Shown here piece by piece: positions 36,300 through 42,682 of a stretch of DNA of 64,000 bases (its first letter is position 1; each line of letters opens with the position of its first letter). The DNA is taken from positions 65,286-129,285 of the forward strand of contig CAVSFZ010000026.1 in NCBI GenBank assembly GCA_963727235.1. The letters are read 5' to 3'. Source of the DNA: an uncultured Actinomycetes bacterium. GTDB taxonomy: Bacteria; Actinomycetota; Thermoleophilia; Gaiellales; JAICJC01. Under the pieces are notes generated by a model. It saw only the letters and a list, made by a program, of their open reading frames with translations. It had not been told where the DNA came from and did not search any database. Made by a program: the position numbers and the translations under genes.

Positions 36300-36554
36300 A
36301 TGGCGAAGCGAACGTCTGTTCGACAGATCGGCCTCCCCCGCAAGGTCAGGGTGATCTGCGACCGCGACGGCATCCCCACCGCCGTCGCCGATCGCTCGGT
36401 GGAGCATGTGCGCGACGAGTGGCGGGTGGATGAGGGCTGGTGGACGGGGAACAGGACGCATCGCCGCTATTTCGACCTGGTGCTTGAAGACGGCCGCAAC
36501 GTGGTGGTCTTCTGGGATCACCGCGGCCACCAGTGGTTCGGCCAGCGGGTGTGA
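36300..36554 (+). CDS. 84-aa protein resembling a stand-alone ImuB C-terminal module
   Basis: The segment EWRVDEGWWTGNRTHRRYFDLVLEDGRNVVVFWDHRGHQWFGQRV matches the GWW-x(n)-R[DR]Y[FY]-x(n)-G-x(n)-W pattern I recall at the C-terminus of long ImuB proteins. The stop TGA lies inside palindrome copy 2. Confidence 0.5.
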   Translation: MAKRTSVRQIGLPRKVRVICDRDGIPTAVADRSVEHVRDEWRVDEGWWTGNRTHRRYFDLVLEDGRNVVVFWDHRGHQWFGQRV

Positions 36555-36586
36555 ATAATTGGTGCCTGGCACCAATTATTCACACC
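36548..36586. repeat. palindromic element, copy 2 (39-nt perfect palindrome)
   Basis: GGTGTGAATAATTGGTGCC-T-GGCACCAATTATTCACACC. Contains the stop codon of ORF 36300-36554. Confidence 0.85.
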
Positions 36587-36935
36587 TCGGATCAATCACG
36601 GCTGGCGCGGCGGGCGGAGCGGAGGCGTGGCAAAGCCACGTTGAGCACCGCACCACCGCGTGGGACGCCGCCAGAACCGGCGCGGACCAGCCTCAGAGTA
36701 GGTGTGGCCGGCGCCTCAGTGAGACGCCGGCCACAGGGAGGGCCTGACGAAGACGACCGGGGTTGTCACTCCTGCTGGGGAGGCGTGATCGTCATCGCCA
36801 GACAAGGTGAATACTACGGGGTATTTGCCAAGATTTCACGGGTAGAAGTGTTACAGATCAGTCACAAAACACTCGCTAACCCCATTGCAAACGAATAATG
36901 GACAGACCGAAATAGGGCAGTTTCCAGATCCTGGC

Positions 36936-36965
36936 TTGACCGATTACGGCCACGTCTGGCATACT
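36936..36965 (+). promoter_or_regulatory. candidate promoter: TTGACC-N18-CATACT (TGg extended -10)
   Basis: Lies in a stretch that is ~49% GC by hand count (36841-36960). It is followed by the GGAGGGGG ribosome-binding site and ATGATG at 37010. Confidence 0.5.
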
Positions 36966-37009
36966 CGATCGTCCGACGCGTGTGCTTGGCTATCGCGTCG
37001 GAGGGGGTA

Positions 37010-37312
37010 ATGATGAGCGAGCCGGCAGCGTCCGTGGAGCACACAGTCATCACGTCCGAGGACGTCCTCGAGGATGTCGTGGCTGCGCCGCGCGCGTACA
37101 TGTATCAGGTGCATGTGCGCCGCCGGAGGGGATTCTGGAAGCGCTGGCAAGGACGGGTCGTAACCCGCGACCTGCAGGGCACCCGCAGGTTCTGGCCGTG
37201 GCGCATGAGCCATGATCGCGATCGCCTGGTGCAGCAGCTGTGGGAAGAGACGATGCGCGATATCCAGTGGCGAAACAGCGACACGCCGGTGGAGATCGTC
37301 GAGGTTTCCTAG
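37010..37312 (+). CDS. hypothetical 100-aa Arg/Trp-rich protein immediately upstream of dnaE2
   Basis: Good ribosome-binding site (GGAGGGGG-taATG). Sequence runs MMSEPAAS...VHVRRRRGFWKRWQGRVVTRDLQGTRRFWPWRMSHDRDRLVQQLWEE.... No family recognised. Confidence 0.5.
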   Translation: MMSEPAASVEHTVITSEDVLEDVVAAPRAYMYQVHVRRRRGFWKRWQGRVVTRDLQGTRRFWPWRMSHDRDRLVQQLWEETMRDIQWRNSDTPVEIVEVS

Positions 37313-37327
37313 AAGCGCTATGCTGAC

Positions 37328-37351
37328 CTGATCGAACACATGTTCGGTCAG
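37328..37351. promoter_or_regulatory. LexA SOS box upstream of dnaE2
   Basis: CTGATCGAAC-ACAT-GTTCGGTCAG is a 10+4+10 palindrome with one mismatch. The core TCGAACACATGTTCGG is at 37332-37347 and ends 7 nt before the dnaE2 ATG. Confidence 0.85.
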
Positions 37352-37353
37352 TC

Positions 37354-40300
37354 ATGCAGTACCCAGAACTCCACGCCCACTCCTGCTACTCGTTTCTCGA
37401 CGGCGCCTCACAGCCTGAGGAGATGGCGATGCGCGCCGCCAAGCTGGGCTACTCGACGCTTGCGCTGACCGACCACGACAGCCTGTCGGGATCCCTGGAG
37501 TTCGCCAACGCCGCCCACGACGCCGGGCTGCGCCCCATCACCGGCTGCGAGCTGACCCTGGTCGACGGCTCCCACCTGACCCTGCTGGTCGAGAACGAGC
37601 ATGGCTACCGGAATCTGTGCCGGCTGATCACCGTCGCTCACCGCGACGATCGCCGAGCACCCAGTACCACGCTCGACCAGGTCGCCCGCCACGCCGAGGG
37701 GCTGCACTGCCTCTCCGGTTGTGCCCGCTTGGGCGCAGTGGCTCGGCCGATGGGCCGGGGGCAGGTGCGTGAGGCGGAGCGCATCGCCCGGAAGCTGCGA
37801 GGAATCTTCGGCCGTGACCGCTTCGCCATCGAGATCAACCGGCCCTACTGGCGCGGTGACGCTCGCCGCAACCGGCTTTTGACCGAGCTGGCCGGCGCTC
37901 TGCGAGTGCGCCTGGCCGGCACCGGCGACGTGCACGCCCACTCTCCCCGCCGGGCCTTTCTCCAAGACGCGCTGGTCGCGATCCGGTGCAACTCCACGCT
38001 GGACGCGAGCGAAGCAGAGCGACGGGGAAACCACGAGTCGGTGCTGCGCACGCCGGACGACGCTGCCCACCTGTTTTCAGCCGAGGCCACCCGCGGCGCG
38101 ATCGAGGTGGCCGATCGCTGTCGATTCGACCTGACCCGCGATCTGGGGTATCGCTATCCCGACTTCTCGGACACCGGAGAACCGGCGCAGGCCGTATTGG
38201 AGCAGCTGTGCCGAGCCGAGCTCGACCGCCGCTACGCCGGCACCGGCATGGTCGCCGAAGCACGTCAGCGACTCGAGCAGGAGCTGGGCTTGATTGCCCA
38301 TCACCAGCTGGCAGGGTTCTTCCTGCTCCACCGAGACATCCTCGAGATGGCGCGGGCGGTGGCGGTGCGCGTGCGCGGTCGCAGCGCCGGGCGCAGACTC
38401 CTCCCCCCCGGCCGCGGTCGCGGCTCCAGCGTGGGATCGATTGTGTGCTATCTGATCGGGCTGTCTCATGTCGATCCGGTGGAGACGCGCCTGTTCCTGG
38501 GCCGGTTCCTCTCCAAGGATCTGGCCAGCGTCCCCGACATCGACCTCGACTTCCCCCGAGACGTGCGCGAGGGGTTGATGCTGGACGTGATCGAGCGATA
38601 CGGATCCGACCACGCCGCGTTGGTGGCGGCGTTCCCCACCTACAAGACCCGGGGCGCGATCCGCGATCTCGGCAAGGCGCTGGCACTCCCGCAGGGCGAG
38701 ATCGAGCGGATGGCCCGGCTGGCCGACTCATGGGGCCGGATCGAGCCCGAGCAGGTGGAGGAGCTGCGCGGCCGTCTGGACGCGCCCCGCTGGAAGGCGT
38801 TCTCGTTTCTGATGGAGGAGATCAGCGGCCTGCCCCGCCACCTCTCCCAGCACTCCGGCGGAATGGTGATCTCGACCACCCCGCTGGTGGAGCTGGTGCC
38901 GGTGATCCCGGCAGCCATGCAGGGGCGCCAGATCTGCCAGTGGGACAAGGACTCGTGCGCGGATGCCGGATTTCTCAAGATCGACCTGCTCGGTCTGGGG
39001 ATGCTCTCTGCAGTGGAGGAGTGTGTGGATCTGATCGCCCAGTCACGCGGCGCGCCGATCGATCTCAGCCGAGTCGGATTCGATGATGCCGACGTTTTTG
39101 CCGAGATCCGCGCGGCCGACACGGTGGGCGTGTTCCAGATCGAGAGCCGCGCCCAGATGCAGTCGCTGGTACAGACCAAACCGGAGAATCTCGCCGACCT
39201 GACGGTGCAGGTGGCGCTGGTGCGACCCGGCCCGATCGTGGGCGATGCGGTCAACCCGTACATCAAGCACCGGCGCGCCCGGCGGGATGACCCATTCTTC
39301 GAGCCCCCCTATGACCACCGGCTGCTGGAGCCGGTGCTGAACGACACGCTGGGCGTGGTGGTGTTTCAGGATCAGGTGCTCGAGGTCGCGATCGCACTGG
39401 CCGGATTCACCACCGGCGAGGCCGAGAGCCTGCGCCGGGCGATGAGCCGCAAGCGCAGCCGTGAGGCACTCGAGAGCCACTGGATCCGATTCCGCGATGG
39501 ATCCGCCGAGAACGGGGTGTCCGAAGAGACCGCCCGCACGGTGTTCGACAAAGTGGTCGCCTTCTCGGAATTCGGCTTCCCCAAGAGCCACGCCGCCGCC
39601 TTCGCAATCCTCGCCTACCAGTCGGCATGGCTCCACCGCGCCTACCCCGCGGAGTTTCTCTGCTCACTCCTGAACGCACAGCCGATGGGCTTCTACCCTC
39701 CGGCAACGCTCTTGCGCGACGGTGAGCGGCGCCAGGTCGAAACCCGCCCGCCGGACGTCAACCTCAGCCTGGCCGCCTGCTCGGTGGAGGATCACGGCGC
39801 GGCCATCCGGATCGGGCTGGGCTACGTCAAAGGTGTCGGTACCCGCTCCGAGCTGCTGGTCTCCGAGCGCGACCGAAACGGGCCCTTCACCGATCTGGGC
39901 GACCTGGTGCGGCGCTCACCGCTTGCAATCGACCTGCTGGAGTCGCTGGTCAAAGCCGGCGCCTGCGATCGGTTCGGCGACCGCCGGCAGCTGCTGTGGG
40001 AGCTACGGCTGCACCGCGCCCCCGCGGGCCCCGAGCACGCTCGCCAGCTGGCACTGGCACTCGACTCCGCCCCCACCCCGAAGCTTCGGCCGATGAGTGA
40101 TTGGGAGCGGATGGTGGCAGACCACGAGACCATGAGTCTCACCACCGGCCCCCATCCGATGGCGCTGCTGCGACCCAACATCGCGGAGGAGATCCGCTCT
40201 GCTGCATCACTTCGCGACGGTACCGGCGGCCATGTGACGATCGCAGGGGTGATGGTTGCCCGGCAGCGGCCCTCGACGGCCAAGGGCATCGTGTTCCTCT

Positions 40301-40617
40301 TGGTGGAGGACGAGTCCGGCATGGTCAACGTGGTGGTGCCGGCAAAGATCTACGAGCGTGATCGGATCGCGATCCGATCAGAGCCGCTGGTGCAGATATG
40401 GGGTCGGCTGGAGCGTCGCAACGACACCCTCAACGTGATCGCCGAACGGGTCGCGGCGCTGTCACATGTGGCCAGGCCGGAGATCCGCGCCCAGGCGGAG
40501 CGGGCCGCCGCCCGAGCGGCAGGTACCGGGGCCGGGCAGGGCGGCCGGGTGGCCGACATGCGGGCGCTGAAGGCTGCGGTGCCACGCGGTAACAGCTGGG
40601 GCCAGGGACGGCGTTAG
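37354..40617 (+). CDS. dnaE2: error-prone DNA polymerase DnaE2 (ImuC)
   Basis: 1087 aa. PHP N-terminus MQYPELHAHSCYSFLDGAS. Second C-family alpha subunit in the window, SOS-boxed, with no tau/beta-binding C-terminal extension like that of dnaE. Confidence 0.93.
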   Translation: MQYPELHAHSCYSFLDGASQPEEMAMRAAKLGYSTLALTDHDSLSGSLEFANAAHDAGLRPITGCELTLVDGSHLTLLVENEHGYRNLCRLITVAHRDDRRAPSTTLDQVARHAEGLHCLSGCARLGAVARPMGRGQVREAERIARKLRGIFGRDRFAIEINRPYWRGDARRNRLLTELAGALRVRLAGTGDVHAHSPRRAFLQDALVAIRCNSTLDASEAERRGNHESVLRTPDDAAHLFSAEATRGAIEVADRCRFDLTRDLGYRYPDFSDTGEPAQAVLEQLCRAELDRRYAGTGMVAEARQRLEQELGLIAHHQLAGFFLLHRDILEMARAVAVRVRGRSAGRRLLPPGRGRGSSVGSIVCYLIGLSHVDPVETRLFLGRFLSKDLASVPDIDLDFPRDVREGLMLDVIERYGSDHAALVAAFPTYKTRGAIRDLGKALALPQGEIERMARLADSWGRIEPEQVEELRGRLDAPRWKAFSFLMEEISGLPRHLSQHSGGMVISTTPLVELVPVIPAAMQGRQICQWDKDSCADAGFLKIDLLGLGMLSAVEECVDLIAQSRGAPIDLSRVGFDDADVFAEIRAADTVGVFQIESRAQMQSLVQTKPENLADLTVQVALVRPGPIVGDAVNPYIKHRRARRDDPFFEPPYDHRLLEPVLNDTLGVVVFQDQVLEVAIALAGFTTGEAESLRRAMSRKRSREALESHWIRFRDGSAENGVSEETARTVFDKVVAFSEFGFPKSHAAAFAILAYQSAWLHRAYPAEFLCSLLNAQPMGFYPPATLLRDGERRQVETRPPDVNLSLAACSVEDHGAAIRIGLGYVKGVGTRSELLVSERDRNGPFTDLGDLVRRSPLAIDLLESLVKAGACDRFGDRRQLLWELRLHRAPAGPEHARQLALALDSAPTPKLRPMSDWERMVADHETMSLTTGPHPMALLRPNIAEEIRSAASLRDGTGGHVTIAGVMVARQRPSTAKGIVFLLVEDESGMVNVVVPAKIYERDRIAIRSEPLVQIWGRLERRNDTLNVIAERVAALSHVARPEIRAQAERAAARAAGTGAGQGGRVADMRALKAAVPRGNSWGQGRR

Positions 40618-41150
40618 AACGGGACGGTGGCTCGCAGCGCGGGCAGCTTGCTGCAGCGGTTGCCGCCGTCGCTCGGCCTGATGGCCGTCCATCGCACCAG
40701 CCGGATGAACACACACTCGGTCGCCCCGGCGGTGGCTCTGGCGCACGCCCAGTGGGCGCTGCTGCCGGGCACCTTGGCGCAGGTGAAGCGGGTATCGCCG
40801 CCCACGTGCCGGGTGACGTCGGCGGCGACCGCCTGCGCGTCGACGGTGGTGGGCAGCATCTTCTCCAGAGCCGGCAGATCGCAGCGCGTGGGGTTGGGAG
40901 TGCCGGCTGCCACATGACCGGTGACTGACACGCCCACGACCACGCATTCCGACTCGGCCGGGTACACCACTGCACACGCCCACAGTGACCCGTTGGCCTT
41001 GAGTTCGCTGCATCCGATCGTCGATCCCGGATTCCGCAGCGCGATGTGGTCCTGGACCGTGGCCGCGTCGGCCCGCTGCCGGAGCTTGGCGTACCACAGT
41101 CCGCCGGCGAGGAGCACGATCACCAGCGAAACGGCAATGGGCCATTTCAT
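40614..41150 (-). CDS. membrane-anchored protein with an internally duplicated 4-Cys domain
   Basis: N-terminal TM segment MKWPIAVSLVIVLLAGGLWY, then two ~66-aa repeats that share the pattern C..[x]..WAC..[x]..EC..[x]..RC..LPAL. Confidence 0.6.
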   Translation of the reverse strand: MKWPIAVSLVIVLLAGGLWYAKLRQRADAATVQDHIALRNPGSTIGCSELKANGSLWACAVVYPAESECVVVGVSVTGHVAAGTPNPTRCDLPALEKMLPTTVDAQAVAADVTRHVGGDTRFTCAKVPGSSAHWACARATAGATECVFIRLVRWTAIRPSDGGNRCSKLPALRATVPF

Positions 41151-41194
41151 TGGGCGAGCATACCGCGCTCACGGCAGGGGATTGGCGAGTCGCG

Positions 41195-41431
41195 CTAGAC
41201 GAACAGATCTACAACGAGGGTAATCAGGAAGACGACTGCGAACCAGGCGAAGGCCGCCGCAACGATCGCAAGCACCACGTGTGCCTGCGCCCATTCCAGC
41301 AATCCACCGCGGCTCTCGTACTCCCACGAATCCTCGCTGGAGACGCCGACGCGTTCGAACAGAGATTCCTTCATTCCCTGAGCATACGGGCGGCGCCGCC
41401 GATCGCCAAGCCCATGTTCGGGGGGCTCCAT
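41195..41431 (-). CDS. small tail-anchored membrane protein, paralog B
   Basis: ...SEDSWEYESRGGLLEWAQAHVVLAIVAAAFAWFAVVFLITLVVDLFV. The ATG at 41431 overlaps the stop of paralog A (TGATG); an alternative ATG lies at 41374. Confidence 0.5.
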   Translation of the reverse strand: MEPPEHGLGDRRRRPYAQGMKESLFERVGVSSEDSWEYESRGGLLEWAQAHVVLAIVAAAFAWFAVVFLITLVVDLFV

Positions 41432-41616
41432 CACATCACCAAATCGATGATCAGGGTGAGCGTGTAGAGGATCGCAAACCACGTCAGCGCGGCCGCGACC
41501 GTTGCCACCACGACGTGTCTCACCGTCCAGTGGTGCAACCCATCGTCGTCCGTGTACTCCCACGCCTCATCGGCGTCGACTTGGTGGCGCATCGAGACCC
41601 CCTCCACGCGATTCAC
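41431..41616 (-). CDS. small tail-anchored membrane protein, paralog A
   Basis: ...DADEAWEYTDDDGLHHWTVRHVVVATVAAALTWFAILYTLTLIIDLVM. Colinear with paralog B. Confidence 0.5.
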   Translation of the reverse strand: MNRVEGVSMRHQVDADEAWEYTDDDGLHHWTVRHVVVATVAAALTWFAILYTLTLIIDLVM

Positions 41617-41736
41617 AATCTCTCATCGGCACTCAGGGGCGCAAAGTCGGACACCCGGGAGGGTGATCCCCCGGTGCGGGCCAAACGAAATGCTTACAGG
41701 ACGTTCACCGGGTACTGCAGGTGCGGGTGCCAGGGT

Positions 41737-42660
41737 GTGCGTATCCGCGCTCCGCTCCGAACAGTTGCTCTCGCGTTTCTCGTATGCACCGCGCTCGGTG
41801 TCACCGCCGCACCGGCGCTGGCCAGCCAGATGGTGGCTTTCGGTGTGCACAAGCCCGGGCTGATCGTCAACCGCCACGGCGTCGCACGAGTCTCGTACAC
41901 CACGTCCGCCGGTGTGCGGAAGCATGTGCTTGCCTGGGGTGCGATCAACGCGCTCACGCCCCGCCAGGGCGCCCGCCAGGTGCACTTCAAGTTTGACTAC
42001 TCGGGCGGACATGCGTCGTTCGGGAACGGCTACTGGAAGCGGATGCACAACTACTGCCGCCGCTACACAGGGCCCCGACTGACTCATCTGGTGGTTGCCT
42101 GCGATGCGCCCGACGGGTCGCACTGGGCGCTGCAATCGTGGCGTCGCGAGCTCAAGGACGGCGGCTGGGTGGGCACCGCCCGGCAGCAGGCGCCGGAGAT
42201 GCACCTCTCGCATTGGACCGGCAAGATGGCTCAGCTGTTCATGGACACCTCGTGGCTCCAGAGCGGCCGGTTCGATCGAGTGTTCGGCTACCTGCACTAC
42301 GACTCCAAGGGCGTGTACGGCTTCTCCGCCACGGCGGTGGGTGCGCCGACCGACAGCTTTGGCCGCAACATGTACATCGACACCCACAATCCGGCCTGGG
42401 GCAAAGGCTGGTTCCGCTTCAACTCCGGTCTGACCCATCGCACCGCCGGCAACTTCTGCCTCGGGCTCTATAGGCTCTACGGCCGTACCAATCCCGCCCG
42501 CGGCGACGCCTATCGCCTGACCGTGATGGGCCCCGGCGTGACGCCGATCGTCTCGCGGACGCACAAGGCGCCGGGTAGGTATTCCGCGGCGGTCGCCAAG
42601 CGCAAGCAGGCCGAGCTCAACTCGTTCACGCCCGCCAGCGACTCCTGCCGCAACGGCTAG
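41737..42660 (+). CDS. secreted hypothetical protein (307 aa), rich in aromatic residues and Gly
   Basis: The only in-frame start before the signal peptide is the GTG at 41737 (VRIRAPLRTVALAFLVCTALGVTAAPALA). The mature part is rich in W, Y, H and G. No family recognised. Confidence 0.55.
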   Translation: MRIRAPLRTVALAFLVCTALGVTAAPALASQMVAFGVHKPGLIVNRHGVARVSYTTSAGVRKHVLAWGAINALTPRQGARQVHFKFDYSGGHASFGNGYWKRMHNYCRRYTGPRLTHLVVACDAPDGSHWALQSWRRELKDGGWVGTARQQAPEMHLSHWTGKMAQLFMDTSWLQSGRFDRVFGYLHYDSKGVYGFSATAVGAPTDSFGRNMYIDTHNPAWGKGWFRFNSGLTHRTAGNFCLGLYRLYGRTNPARGDAYRLTVMGPGVTPIVSRTHKAPGRYSAAVAKRKQAELNSFTPASDSCRNG

Positions 42661-42682
42661 AGGATCACGCGCTAGAGGATCA
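42656..42682. repeat. 12-nt direct repeat (GCTAGAGGATCA x2, 15-nt period) at a convergent gene junction
   Basis: Copies at 42656-42667 and 42671-42682. The first contains the TAG stop of the plus-strand gene; the second contains the CTA (TAG) stop of comB. Confidence 0.6.

Noticed and set aside
36533-36898. 121-aa plus-strand ORF spanning the AT-rich spacer
   Set aside because: It starts within the palindrome and is mostly Arg/Pro/Gly junk. The only protein-like stretch (VIVIARQGEYYGVFAKISRVEVLQ..) would need a GTG placed 1 nt after its GGAGG, which is too close for initiation.
41617-41736. A riboswitch (for example c-di-AMP/ydaO-type) in the 120-nt leader of the secreted protein gene
   Set aside because: I can see a CCGGG...CCCGG hairpin but none of the conserved riboswitch core motifs. 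Evidence is insufficient without a covariance-model scan.
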